Assembly (NCBI GenBank): GCA_021373015.1
Contig: JAJFTJ010000018.1
Location: 65,489 to 129,488, forward strand
DNA: 64,000 bases
Source of the DNA: Nitrospiraceae bacterium
Lineage (GTDB): Bacteria > Nitrospirota > Thermodesulfovibrionia > Thermodesulfovibrionales > UBA1546
Direction of reading: 5' to 3'
The position numbers were made by a program, and so were the translations under genes. This document shows, piece by piece, positions 49,470-59,237 of this stretch (positions are counted from its first letter, which is position 1; each line of letters opens with the position of its first letter). Below the pieces are notes generated by a model that did no database searches, was not told the DNA's origin, and saw only the letters and a program-made list of their open reading frames with translations.

Positions 49470-49651
49470 TGTTCAGTCCTGCTTTTTCTTATCAGACATA
49501 CAAGGGATGATATTTGAGCGGTTTTACTTTGCCGATAATCTGACAGTAAAAATTGTTTAATCAAGAGGCAAAATACCTCGGAGGGCAATAGCCCGAGAAT
49601 GTCGGTACGACTCTGCGAGAGCGAAAATGTTATCCCTTGTATGTCAATCAT
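49466..49651 (-). CDS. possible 61-aa small protein filling the whole intergenic gap (alternative reading of the structured element)
   Basis: ATG at 49651-49649 overlaps the TGA of the upstream gene (ATATGA). Its own TGA (49468-49466) overlaps the mqnD ATG (AATGAA). The frame stays open across 62 codons in AT-rich DNA. There is no SD and I recognise no family. Confidence 0.3.
   Translation of the reverse strand: MIDIQGITFSLSQSRTDILGLLPSEVFCLLIKQFLLSDYRQSKTAQISSLVCLIRKSRTEQ
49495..49645. repeat. 151-nt inverted-repeat-bounded element (structured RNA or MITE-like)
   Basis: GACATACAAGGGAT (49495-49508) is the perfect reverse complement of ATCCCTTGTATGTC (49632-49645). Pairing extends to 21 bp (49495-49515 with 49625-49645) if two G-U pairs are allowed on the plus-strand RNA. 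The interior has at least three further hairpins: TTTGCC/GGCAAA, CTCGG/CCGAG and GTCG/CGAC. Confidence 0.5.
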
Positions 49652-50286
49652 ATTAAATTCAATGGACAACCTTCACAATCCGGCTTTGTCTTACAAAACA
49701 TTTTCCCGAGCCTTACAAAGAGCGCATGATATTCATTAAATAACTTAACATCTCTTTTTAGAGATGAATGAAAAAGCTCCTGAAATTTTTCGTAAGACTC
49801 ATCATATCCGAGAATCTTATGCCTCGAGAGCACTCTCTTTGTGTAAGCATCAATTACAAAGATTGGTTTATCAAGTGCATAGAGCAGAATCGAATCTGCT
49901 GTTTCATGGCCTATCCCATTAACAGAAAGAAGTTTCTGCCTGAGAGAATTCATCTTGTCTTTTTTCAATCTCTGCATGCTTCCATGATAATCGTTCATGA
50001 GAAAGTTTATAAATGACTTCAAACGCTTTGACTTGACATTGAAATAACCGGCAGGTCTTATTAATAATGCCAGTTTTTTTACAGGCATCTCATGAATTGT
50101 CTTTGCCTTCAAAGCCTTTTCTTTTTTCAGATTATTGATTGCCTTCTCGACATTTCCCCAGTTTGTGTTCTGAGTAAGGATTGCTCCGACTGCCACCTCA
50201 AAAGGCGAGTCTCCCGGCCACCAATCTTGATGACCGAAAGCCTTGTAGAGTTTCTTGTAGATTTCGATAAGTTTGTGGTTCTTCAC
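49648..50286 (-). CDS. endonuclease III-like HhH-GPD DNA glycosylase family protein, ending at the expected fourth Fe-S cysteine
   Basis: HhH-GPD core (LLSVNGIGHETADSILLYA...VIDAYTKRV). The C-terminal loop is FCKTKPDCEGCPLNLI-TGA. Confidence 0.8.
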   Translation of the reverse strand: MKNHKLIEIYKKLYKAFGHQDWWPGDSPFEVAVGAILTQNTNWGNVEKAINNLKKEKALKAKTIHEMPVKKLALLIRPAGYFNVKSKRLKSFINFLMNDYHGSMQRLKKDKMNSLRQKLLSVNGIGHETADSILLYALDKPIFVIDAYTKRVLSRHKILGYDESYEKFQELFHSSLKRDVKLFNEYHALFVRLGKMFCKTKPDCEGCPLNLI

Positions 50287-50297
50287 AAAAAATATAT

Positions 50298-52034
50298 TTA
50301 GCCTATTTTCACTTTTTTTTGAATATCGTAAAGCTCGATTATTTCTTTTACACTATTAGCGTCTTCTGGTTTTTTGTCATCCCTCAAAAAACCGACTGTT
50401 CTTGGAAACCTGAGAGCATAACCAACCCCATTCTTATCTCTGCCTGCTGTGTGAGACGGTGAGCGCGTTATCTCATCAGCATTTACTGTAACAACATATC
50501 TGGGTTCGACCCAGACATCTGCCTCCATCACTGAATCAACCCTTGGGTGCTTATGTTTGAGAGAAATTTTATCCATCATTTTTTTGAGCTGGCTTAATTC
50601 ATCCTCTGTGAAACCTGAGCCTATCTTGCTCACTGTTCTAAAGGTGTCAGTTTTTGGATCATAAACTGCGCCAAGCAGAGCGCCGACTCCGAATTCTGCT
50701 CTTGCGCCCTTGCCTCTGAAATAACCTACTATACATACGTCGATCGAATCAGCAAGTTCGCCTCTGTAACTGCGCTTGAGTTTTATCCAGTTAAAATTCC
50801 TGCTGCCGGCAGCGTAAGAAGCATCAAGCCTCTTTGCAACAACACCCTCAAGCCCTCTTGCAACAGCCTCATCAAAATATTTTGTGATTTCCTCCGGCTT
50901 ATCAGTGATAAACAATTCAGAAGGCTCCATCACGGAATTTTTCTTTATTATCTTCTCAAGTCTTGTGCGTCTTTCCTCAAATGATTTTGGCGTGTAATCC
51001 TCGCCGTCAACATAGAGAAGATCAAATGCAAAATATTTTAGCGGAAATTCTTTTGCAATCTCTTCTATTCCGTGTTTTCTCTTTCTCTGGATCGTTACCT
51101 GGAATGAAAGAAGCTCGCCGGTTGCCTCATTGTATGCAAGCGCCTCGCCTTCGATTATCGCTGTTTCCGCCTGAATGAATTTTTTTACCGCCTCTCTGAT
51201 CTCAGGGAACATGTGCGTAGTTCTTTCGAGATTTCTAGAGAACATCTCAATATTATTTTTATTTTTATGAATCTGCACCCTGAACCCGTCATATTTTGCC
51301 TCGACAGCAGCCTTGCCGATTTTTTCTATTATATCTTCTGAGGAAGGAAGCCTCTCGCACAATGCCATTCTAATAGGATATCCAACCATAACATGAAATT
51401 TTTTTACTCCCTGCATCCCTTTTTCAAGTAGTGTCTTTGCAACCAAACCTAAATCAGAACACAGGTTATATGCCCTTTCCAGATCAGGCCTGAGCCCTCT
51501 GTCTCCCTGTGCCAGCGCCAATGCTTCAAGAACAGTCGGATCTCCAATGCCAAGCCTTAATCTGCCTATTACAAATCTTGCAATGTATTTGGCCTCTTTT
51601 GCAGAAACACCTTTTAAAAGGTTGCTAAGGAATGAGATCTTCTTTTCTACACTGCCAGTTCCTGATTTTTGTGCAACATCAGTAAGTTCTTCGTAAACTT
51701 TTTTAACAGTCAGATTATCTCCTTTGCTTGTCACAAGTTCAACTGCTGTTTCTCCAAGGTCGCCTGTGCGCTTGAATGAATCCTCTACTTTTTTTGTCGG
51801 TGTGCTTGTAGCATCTGATATTGCACGGATTAAGAGTTTCTCTGACATGCCGATCTCAAGTCCATGAAACGGGGGAAGAAACTGACCCTGACTGAGATAT
51901 ATTATCTTGTCTATATCATCAGAATTTGCTTCTTTGAAAAGCTCTGCAAGGATATCAAACATCTCGAGACGTTTTGTTGTTGCCTCAAGGCGTTCAAAAT
52001 ATTCAACAAGTTTTAAGAATTTCATATGTCCCAT
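50298..52034 (-). CDS. ATP-dependent DNA ligase, archaeal/eukaryotic Lig1-type (DBD + adenylation + OB)
   Basis: 578 aa with motif I KYDG (EAKYDGFRVQIH). It also has the later motifs (EGEALAY, LFAFDLLYVDG, EGVVAKRLD, WIKLK) and an N-terminal roughly 220-aa DNA-binding domain. It is collinear with archaeal ligases as I remember them. Confidence 0.93.
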   Translation of the reverse strand: MGHMKFLKLVEYFERLEATTKRLEMFDILAELFKEANSDDIDKIIYLSQGQFLPPFHGLEIGMSEKLLIRAISDATSTPTKKVEDSFKRTGDLGETAVELVTSKGDNLTVKKVYEELTDVAQKSGTGSVEKKISFLSNLLKGVSAKEAKYIARFVIGRLRLGIGDPTVLEALALAQGDRGLRPDLERAYNLCSDLGLVAKTLLEKGMQGVKKFHVMVGYPIRMALCERLPSSEDIIEKIGKAAVEAKYDGFRVQIHKNKNNIEMFSRNLERTTHMFPEIREAVKKFIQAETAIIEGEALAYNEATGELLSFQVTIQRKRKHGIEEIAKEFPLKYFAFDLLYVDGEDYTPKSFEERRTRLEKIIKKNSVMEPSELFITDKPEEITKYFDEAVARGLEGVVAKRLDASYAAGSRNFNWIKLKRSYRGELADSIDVCIVGYFRGKGARAEFGVGALLGAVYDPKTDTFRTVSKIGSGFTEDELSQLKKMMDKISLKHKHPRVDSVMEADVWVEPRYVVTVNADEITRSPSHTAGRDKNGVGYALRFPRTVGFLRDDKKPEDANSVKEIIELYDIQKKVKIG

Positions 52035-52107
52035 AAATTTTCCTTAGATTATATCAGTCAGATACGATGTATGTCATGGGAAAACAGATATTTGTGATTT
52101 CTGCAAG

Positions 52108-52258
52108 GACAAGGGAAGGCTTAGGAAAAATCCTTATACGACACCATATAAAAAAACCTCGTAGCTGAAAATAAAATTCGCTTTTTCTTAAAAGAAAGAC
52201 CTCATGCCATTTTGATAATCTGTCGATTATAAAGATTATGAGTCAGACATCCCTTGTC
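52108..52258. repeat. second inverted-repeat pair with the same CAAGGGA core, in the 292-nt ligase/rluB intergenic region
   Basis: GACAAGGGA (52108-52116) and TCCCTTGTC (52250-52258) are extendable to about 12 bp with one G-U pair on the plus strand. This region shares short strings with the 49.5-kb element: GCTTTTTCTTA, GATAATCTG and TCAGACAT. Confidence 0.3.
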
Positions 52259-52344
52259 TTTAACAATCCTTTTTCAGGATTTGCTGTATAAATTACTCTG
52301 TCATATCTGTCCATATAACCAGCTTTATGTTATCATTCTTAACT

Positions 52345-53061
52345 ATGGAAGAAAGACTTCAGAAAATAATTGCCAAGATGGGAATAGCCTCAAGACGCGC
52401 TGCTGAAGAGATGATACTCGAAGGCAGAGTTACTGTCAACGGCAAAACAGCAATTCTTGGAATGAAAGCAAATCCTTCAAAAGACCATATCAAAGTTAAT
52501 GGAAAACTTCTCATAAGACCAGAACCGAAAATCTATCTGATGATGTATAAACCGGTTGGAGTTTTGACAACTATGGCAGAAGATGAGGACAGACCCACGA
52601 TCAGAGATTTTATAAGGAAGATAAAATACAGGGTATATCCTGTTGGAAGGCTTGATTATGATTCAGAAGGGCTTCTTATTTTAACAAACGACGGGGATTT
52701 CACGCACTCTGTGCTTCATCCGTCCAAGAAAATTCCAAAAACCTATCATGTTAAAATAAAAGGGCTGCTTGAAGATGAAAATGCAGAGAAATTAAAAAAA
52801 GGCGTTAAGCTCATGGATGGGATGACATTGCCTGCCAAGGTTAAAAAACTAAGAAAGGGTCAGGAAAATTCATGGGTTGAGATCACAATATACGAGGGAA
52901 AGAAGAGACAGATAAGGCGAATGCTTGAAAAAGTCGGACATCAGGTCATAAAACTAAAGAGAACCAGAATAAACGGGCTTGATATAGGAGATTTGAAGCC
53001 TGGAGCTATCAGATATCTCACACCAGAGGAAGTAAGAAAGGTCAAGGGAGAAACAAGATGA
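52345..53061 (+). CDS. rluB: pseudouridine synthase, RsuA/RluB family (S4 domain + catalytic domain)
   Basis: [15 protein letters not shown] (S4 domain) and the catalytic [18 protein letters not shown] motif. The start may be 52327 or 52345. Confidence 0.85.
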   Translation: MEERLQKIIAKMGIASRRAAEEMILEGRVTVNGKTAILGMKANPSKDHIKVNGKLLIRPEPKIYLMMYKPVGVLTTMAEDEDRPTIRDFIRKIKYRVYPVGRLDYDSEGLLILTNDGDFTHSVLHPSKKIPKTYHVKIKGLLEDENAEKLKKGVKLMDGMTLPAKVKKLRKGQENSWVEITIYEGKKRQIRRMLEKVGHQVIKLKRTRINGLDIGDLKPGAIRYLTPEEVRKVKGETR

Positions 53062-54842
53062 TTCGTGACAAGGTATGCGGTGAGATAACCGAAAAACAGA
53101 TTGGTACAAACATAAATCTTTCAGGCTGGGTATTTAGAAGAAGAGACCACGGCGGATTGATATTCATAGACCTAAGAGACAGAAGTGGAATATGTCAGAT
53201 TGTGTTCAGCCCTGATGTTGCCAAAGAAGTGCATGAATCAGCCCATGATTTGAGGGCTGAATATGTAATCTCTGTCTCAGGTGAAATAAGAAAAAGGCCT
53301 GAAGGAACAGAAAATCCCGGCATCCCGACCGGCATGGTCGAGATGTATGTAGAAAAACTTGAAGTTCTGAATGAGGCTTCGCCTTTGCCTTACAGCATGG
53401 AAGAGGCAGCAGAAGCAGGTGAGGCTTTGCGTCTAAAATACAGATATCTTGATCTAAGAAGACCTGATATGCAGAAAAATTTAATCATGCGCCATAAGAT
53501 TTCGAAAAACATGAGAGACTATCTCGATGAAAAAGGTTTTCTTGAAATAGAAACACCAATGCTTACAAAATCGACTCCTGAAGGAGCAAGGGATTATCTG
53601 GTGCCAAGCCGCTTGAATCCCGGACATTTCTATGCACTGCCTCAGTCTCCTCAGTTATTCAAACAGATATTAATGGTTGCTGGGTTAGAAAAATATTTTC
53701 AGATAGTCAAATGTTTTCGCGATGAAGACTTAAGAGCAGACAGACAGCCTGAATTCACACAGGTTGATCTTGAGATGTCGTTCATTGACAGGGAAGATAT
53801 TCTCAAACTCATGGAAGGCATGATCAAAAAACTATTCAAAGATGTTCTAAACACTGACATCCAAATCCCATTCCAGCGTTTGAGCTACACAGAGGCAATG
53901 GACAGATTCGGAAGCGACAAGCCTGACCTGAGATTTGGACTCGAACTAAAGGATGTAACTGACCTTGCTTCAAAAAGTTCTTTTAAGGTATTTCTTGACA
54001 CAATAAAATCAGGCGGAGTCATAAAGGCAATCAACGGCAAGGGAATGGCAGGACTTTCGAGAAAAGAGGTTGATGACCTTACAGCAGAAGCTCAGTCTTT
54101 TGGAGCAAAAGGCCTTGCATGGATAAAAGTTAAGAATGGGTTTGAATCACCGATAACAAAATTTTTTCCAGAAGACATTCTCAAGTCAATTGCTCAGAGA
54201 CTCGAGGCTGAAGACGGCGACTTAATGATGTTCGTTGCCGACAAGCCGAAGGTTGCATATGATGTTCTGGGACGCATGCGACTTGCGCTTGGAGAAAGAC
54301 TGAAACTTATTAAACAGGAGTATAAATTTGCATGGATAATTGATTTCCCTCTGCTTGAATGGGATGAGGAAGAAAAAAGATTTCAGGCAATGCATCATCC
54401 ATTCACATCTCCTATGGACAATGATATTGAAAAAATGCTTGCTGGAAATGTTAAGGATAAAGAGCTTCTCTCATCATTAAAAGCAAAGGCATACGATATT
54501 GTATTGAATGGATATGAGATTGGCGGCGGAAGCATAAGAATTCACAATCAGGATGTACAAAAAAGAATGTTTGATATTCTAAACATATCAGAAGAAGAAG
54601 CAAAGATTAAATTTGGATTTCTGCTCGATGCATTGCAATTCGGCGCGCCGCCGCACGGAGGCATTGCACTCGGACTTGACAGGCTTGTAATGCTCATGGT
54701 TGGTTCAACTTCGATAAGAGATGTAATTGCATTTCCTAAAACACAGAAGGCGTTCTGCCTTATGTCAGGAGCTCCTTCTATCGTTGAGCAGAAACAGCTC
54801 AAAGAACTTCACATAAAAACAGACGCGCCTATACAAGATTAA
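53058..54842 (+). CDS. aspS: aspartate--tRNA ligase
   Basis: 594 aa, bacterial-type with the GAD insertion. Class II motifs are present ([31 protein letters not shown]). Confidence 0.97.
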   Translation: MIRDKVCGEITEKQIGTNINLSGWVFRRRDHGGLIFIDLRDRSGICQIVFSPDVAKEVHESAHDLRAEYVISVSGEIRKRPEGTENPGIPTGMVEMYVEKLEVLNEASPLPYSMEEAAEAGEALRLKYRYLDLRRPDMQKNLIMRHKISKNMRDYLDEKGFLEIETPMLTKSTPEGARDYLVPSRLNPGHFYALPQSPQLFKQILMVAGLEKYFQIVKCFRDEDLRADRQPEFTQVDLEMSFIDREDILKLMEGMIKKLFKDVLNTDIQIPFQRLSYTEAMDRFGSDKPDLRFGLELKDVTDLASKSSFKVFLDTIKSGGVIKAINGKGMAGLSRKEVDDLTAEAQSFGAKGLAWIKVKNGFESPITKFFPEDILKSIAQRLEAEDGDLMMFVADKPKVAYDVLGRMRLALGERLKLIKQEYKFAWIIDFPLLEWDEEEKRFQAMHHPFTSPMDNDIEKMLAGNVKDKELLSSLKAKAYDIVLNGYEIGGGSIRIHNQDVQKRMFDILNISEEEAKIKFGFLLDALQFGAPPHGGIALGLDRLVMLMVGSTSIRDVIAFPKTQKAFCLMSGAPSIVEQKQLKELHIKTDAPIQD

Positions 54843-54889
54843 TTTCTTAGATTGGATATAAATCACAAATAGCACTCAGGAGAAAAAAT

Positions 54890-57433
54890 TTGGAAGAACG
54901 CTATAATCCTCAGGATGTAGAGCTCAAGTGGCAGAAATACTGGGCTGAGAAAAATCTTTTTAAGGCAAAAGAAGATTCATCAAAAAAGAAATTCTACTGT
55001 TTGGAAATGTTCCCCTACCCTTCAGGCAAAATACATATGGGACACGTTAGAAACTACGCAATCGGCGATGTCATAGCAAGATACAAAAAAATGCGAGGCT
55101 TTAACGTGCTTCATCCAATGGGATGGGATGCGTTTGGAATGCCTGCTGAGAATGCTGCGATAAAAGAAAACGTTCATCCCGCAAAATGGACTTATGAAAA
55201 TATTGCTTACATGAAAAAACAACTTAATCGCATGGGATTGAGCTATGACTGGGACAGAGAAGTTGCAACATGCAGCCCTGAATACTATAAATGGAATCAA
55301 TGGTTCTTTTTAAAAATGTATGAAAAGGGACTGGCATACCGAAAATCTTCATTCGTCAACTGGTGTGAATCATGCGCAACTGTTCTTGCAAACGAACAGG
55401 TTATTGACGGAAAATGCTGGAGATGCGACAACTCAGTTATACAAAGAGAACTCGAACAATGGTTTTTAAGAATAACGAATTATGCAGAGGAATTGCTTAA
55501 GGCTTGCGATGAGTTGAAGGGCTGGCCTGAAAAAGTAGTTCTGATGCAAAAAAACTGGATCGGAAAAAGTGAAGGCCTCGAAGCAGTTTTTAAGATTGAG
55601 GGGATTGATGAAGCAATAAAGATATTCACAACAAGAGCCGACACGCTCTTTGGAGCTACGTTCTTATGTATTGCTCCCACGCATGAACTCGCTGAAAAAC
55701 TCGTTGCTGACAAGAAAGCTCTTAAAAAAATAAAAGAGCAGTATGGAAAGGCTGATGAAAAGATAGGTTTATTCACAGAACATCATGCGGTCAATCCTGT
55801 CAACAATGAGAAAATCCCCGTGTATGTTGCTAATTTTGTTCTCATGGAATACGGGACAGGCGCGATCATGTCTGTTCCTGCGCATGACCAGAGAGATTTT
55901 GAATTTGCTAAAAAATATAATCTGCCCATTAAAACCGTAATACTGCCTCCGAACTCGAAAAACAAAACAAAGAAAGAATTTACAGAAGCCTTTGAAGAAG
56001 ACGGCGTACTTATTGATTCAGACTCTTTCAGCGGGCTTGAGAGCGAAACAGCAAGGGAAAAGATGTCAAAATTAATAGAATCCAAAAAACTGGGCAAAAG
56101 GGTCATAAATTACAAGCTTCGCGACTGGGGAATATCGAGACAGCGATACTGGGGAACTCCAATACCGATAATTTACTGCGATAAATGCGGAGCTGTTCCT
56201 GTACCTGAAAAAGATCTGCCTGTAATACTGCCCGAAGATGTAAAATTCACAGGCAAAGGCGGATCTCCATTAGCAGAGTCAGAAAAATTCTTGAATGTTA
56301 CTTGTCCTAAGTGCAGCCAGAAGGCAAGGCGCGAAACAGACACAATGGATACATTCGTTGATTCATCATGGTATTTCATTGCGTATTGCTTTGACAAAGG
56401 CAATATTAATTTCAAATCTCAAATTTCAAATCTCAAATCCCAAACAGGTTACTGGATGCCTGTTGACCAGTATGTCGGAGGTGTTGAGCACGCAGTCCTG
56501 CATCTGCTTTATTCGAGATTTTTTACAAAGGTTATTCGAGATCTTGGCATTCTGAATATTAATGAACCTTTTACAAACCTTCTTACGCAGGGGATGGTAT
56601 GCAAAGACACATTAAAATGTCCTGAGCATGGATGGCTCTACCCAGAAGAAGCAAAGGATGAGATGTGCGTTAAATGCGGCAGGCTTGTTGAACGCGGAAG
56701 AGTCGAAAAGATGTCGAAATCTAAAAAAAATGTCATTGACCCTGACTATCTTATAAAAAAATACGGTGCAGACACTTCAAGACTTTTTTCTCTTTTTGCA
56801 GCTCCGCCTGAAAGAGATCTTGAATGGGCTGATCAGGGAGTTGATGGTTCATACAGGTTTTTGAACAGGGTCTGGACTCTGATATACAAAAACAGCGGAA
56901 GACTGGAAAAAACTGATATCAGTTCAAAAATTACAACAATCTCGCCTCTGCTCAGAAAAACTCATCAGACAATAAAAAGAGTTACAAATGATATTGAGAA
57001 GGAATATCATTTTAATACAGCTATAGCAGCGCTTATGGAGCTTGTTAACGAGATAACATCTTCTCATCCTAAATCCGATGAAGAATGGAAGATATTTAAA
57101 TTCAGCATCGAGATGCTGCTTTTGCTTCTTTCTCCTTTCTCGCCTCACATTGCAGAAGAAATGTGGGAAGCCATTGGCAATAAACCAAGCATTTCAGAAA
57201 AAAAATGGCCTTCGTGGGACGATGAAATTGCAAAGGAAGATGAGATTGAACTGGTTGTACAGATTAACGGCAAGGTAAAGTCAAAACTTAATATCCCGGC
57301 AAATCTTTCAGAAGACGAGGTCAAGGGAAAAGCGCTTGGTGATGCAAGGATTAAAGAGATTACAGCCAGCAAGACCATAAAAAAAGTCTTTGTTGTAAAA
57401 GGCAAACTTGTTAATATAGTAGTTGGAGAATAA
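54890..57433 (+). CDS. leuS: leucine--tRNA ligase
   Basis: TTG start. HMGH (HIGH-type) and KMSKS motifs, a CP1 editing domain; 847 aa. Confidence 0.97.
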   Translation: MEERYNPQDVELKWQKYWAEKNLFKAKEDSSKKKFYCLEMFPYPSGKIHMGHVRNYAIGDVIARYKKMRGFNVLHPMGWDAFGMPAENAAIKENVHPAKWTYENIAYMKKQLNRMGLSYDWDREVATCSPEYYKWNQWFFLKMYEKGLAYRKSSFVNWCESCATVLANEQVIDGKCWRCDNSVIQRELEQWFLRITNYAEELLKACDELKGWPEKVVLMQKNWIGKSEGLEAVFKIEGIDEAIKIFTTRADTLFGATFLCIAPTHELAEKLVADKKALKKIKEQYGKADEKIGLFTEHHAVNPVNNEKIPVYVANFVLMEYGTGAIMSVPAHDQRDFEFAKKYNLPIKTVILPPNSKNKTKKEFTEAFEEDGVLIDSDSFSGLESETAREKMSKLIESKKLGKRVINYKLRDWGISRQRYWGTPIPIIYCDKCGAVPVPEKDLPVILPEDVKFTGKGGSPLAESEKFLNVTCPKCSQKARRETDTMDTFVDSSWYFIAYCFDKGNINFKSQISNLKSQTGYWMPVDQYVGGVEHAVLHLLYSRFFTKVIRDLGILNINEPFTNLLTQGMVCKDTLKCPEHGWLYPEEAKDEMCVKCGRLVERGRVEKMSKSKKNVIDPDYLIKKYGADTSRLFSLFAAPPERDLEWADQGVDGSYRFLNRVWTLIYKNSGRLEKTDISSKITTISPLLRKTHQTIKRVTNDIEKEYHFNTAIAALMELVNEITSSHPKSDEEWKIFKFSIEMLLLLLSPFSPHIAEEMWEAIGNKPSISEKKWPSWDDEIAKEDEIELVVQINGKVKSKLNIPANLSEDEVKGKALGDARIKEITASKTIKKVFVVKGKLVNIVVGE
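56410..56444 (+). repeat. five tandem heptamers (TTTCAAA TCTCAAA TTTCAAA TCTCAAA TCCCAAA) inside leuS
   Basis: Read directly from the sequence. Equivalent to 2.5 copies of a 14-mer ATTTCAAATCTCAA, and encodes ...[13 protein letters not shown]... Confidence 0.7.
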
Positions 57434-57434
57434 A

Positions 57435-57959
57435 ATGAAAGCTAAAAGTTATAAGTTAAAAGTCATAAATGGTTTCTGCTTCCTGCTTCTTGCAGCCTGC
57501 TTCTTGCCTCTTATAGCAGGATGCGGCTATACAATACAGGGGAAAGATACACTGCCGTTTGAATATGTAAAAATAGGCAGGATCGAAAATAAGACCTATG
57601 AACCTAAACTTGAAGACAGGCTCTACAAGGCATTGACCGACGAACTTATGAAAAACGGTTTTGTAATATCGAGAAGCGCAGGTCATGTCATAAGCGGAGT
57701 TATAAATGAATTCCATTTAAGACCGTTATCGGAAAAAGACGGCTATGCGGTTGAATACGAAGTAATAGTCAAAGGCAGATTTATTCTTACAGCGCCTGAC
57801 GGCAAAACAAAAGAACTCAGGAATAGCGGAGCCTTCATCGTCTCTTTTTACAATGCAGGGAATATTCAAAGCATAGTTGCATCAAAAGAAACAGCAACAG
57901 ATACTGCACTCAAGAATCTTGCCTCAGAGATACGCGCCGGCATTATATACCAGAAATGA
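57435..57959 (+). CDS. lptE: LPS-assembly lipoprotein LptE (RlpB-like)
   Basis: Signal peptide with lipobox (LIAGCG), about 175 aa, in the conserved leuS-lptE-holA position. The ATG at 57435 is preceded by GGAG. Confidence 0.7.
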   Translation: MKAKSYKLKVINGFCFLLLAACFLPLIAGCGYTIQGKDTLPFEYVKIGRIENKTYEPKLEDRLYKALTDELMKNGFVISRSAGHVISGVINEFHLRPLSEKDGYAVEYEVIVKGRFILTAPDGKTKELRNSGAFIVSFYNAGNIQSIVASKETATDTALKNLASEIRAGIIYQK

Positions 57960-58846
57960 GCAGTAAAAATTTTATGCAGGAAATTGAAAAAGGGCTTCCT
58001 TCTTCAATTTATATGTTCTACTCAGAGAATCCATATCTCCTTGGGGAATCTGTTCCAGCGATAAGAAAATTGATTTCCGAAGATTCTCTGGATTTTAATT
58101 TTATCTTGTTCGACCTTGATTCTCCTGAAGGAACCTCAACGCCAGAAGAGATAATGTATTCACTGAAAACCATGTCTCTTTGCGGCGGAAGGAAGTATGT
58201 AATAGCTAAAAACATTCAAAAACTGCCAGGCAAAGAATTTAAAAAATTTCTGCCTTATCTAAAAAATCCTTCTCCAGATGCATCATTCATAATGCTGTAC
58301 GCTGGGAGCATCAAGGCAGACATCAAGGAAATACTTAAGGGAATCAAGACAATATGCCTTGATATAAGAGAGCAGGAACTTCCTATGTGGATTAAAGAAA
58401 AAATTGGGCAAAAGGGCCTCTCGATAAAAAACAATGCAATTGATTATCTTATAGGAATACTTGGTCCTGACATAGGAATTATTTCATCAGAAATTGAAAA
58501 ACTCTCTTTATGCGAGGGCAGTGAAATTACAATAGAGAACATCAAAGAAATTGTAGAAGGCAACAGAGATTACAGCGTATTTGATTTAACCGGAGCCTTG
58601 AAAGAAAAAAATTCCGAGAAAGTTTTCAAAATCTACAAAACCCTTTCAGAGTCGTTCGAATCTTACAGCCTCCTTGGCGCAATAAACTGGCAGTACAAAA
58701 AAATGTTCACTTATGCAAAGGACAAAACCTCTAAGGATTATTACTACAAAGCATTGGAACTGCTTAACACGGCTGATATCCAGATTAAAACTTCCGGAGG
58801 CAGTTTTCCGATGGAATACCTTTTTGCAAGACTGCTGCAGCTTTAA
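57956..58846 (+). CDS. holA: DNA polymerase III delta subunit
   Basis: 296 aa; the N-terminal YLFYSENPYLL-like region and overall HolA length and synteny fit, but the sequence is divergent. Confidence 0.8.
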   Translation: MSSKNFMQEIEKGLPSSIYMFYSENPYLLGESVPAIRKLISEDSLDFNFILFDLDSPEGTSTPEEIMYSLKTMSLCGGRKYVIAKNIQKLPGKEFKKFLPYLKNPSPDASFIMLYAGSIKADIKEILKGIKTICLDIREQELPMWIKEKIGQKGLSIKNNAIDYLIGILGPDIGIISSEIEKLSLCEGSEITIENIKEIVEGNRDYSVFDLTGALKEKNSEKVFKIYKTLSESFESYSLLGAINWQYKKMFTYAKDKTSKDYYYKALELLNTADIQIKTSGGSFPMEYLFARLLQL

Positions 58847-59124
58847 GCTACAGCCTTAGCCAATTTAGCAAGCCTTGATATCTTTCTTGCCGCTGTATTC
58901 TTATGAACAATGCCTTTTGATACAGCTGACTGTATTGTCTTTGTTGCCTCTCTTAAAAGTTTCTCGGCCTGTTCCTTGTTCTTTTTTGCAGCAGCTTCTT
59001 CAACTTTTTTTGAAATGGTCTTTATCTTTGAACGAACTGCTGTGTTGCGAAGATTCTGTTTTTCAGACTGTCTCACTCTCTTGAGAGTCGAAAGATTTTT
59101 CTTTTTAACTGCTTTTGCCGGCAA
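58843..59124 (-). CDS. rpsT: 30S ribosomal protein S20
   Basis: 93 aa, highly basic, KRVRQSEKQNLRN...; TTG start 6 nt after AAGGAGG. Confidence 0.92.
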   Translation of the reverse strand: MPAKAVKKKNLSTLKRVRQSEKQNLRNTAVRSKIKTISKKVEEAAAKKNKEQAEKLLREATKTIQSAVSKGIVHKNTAARKISRLAKLAKAVA

Positions 59125-59237
59125 TTCAAACCTCCTTGTGCTTCACTGTGTTAATAGAATTTTGTTAAAAACCAGACATATGTAATACCACAATTTTGGT
59201 TATAAAATCAATCCTTTTGTGTTAAAATTTTAGCACT

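Noticed and set aside
49495-49645. Identity of the inverted-repeat element as a known RNA (SRP/4.5S, 6S, tmRNA, RNase P, a riboswitch), a retron msr-msd, or an integron attC site.
   Set aside because: The SRP GGAA/AGCAG motifs are absent. No reverse transcriptase or integrase gene is nearby. There is no GTTRRRY/RYYYAAC core. Size and hairpin layout do not match 6S or the other classes as I remember them. It remains unassigned rather than excluded by computation.
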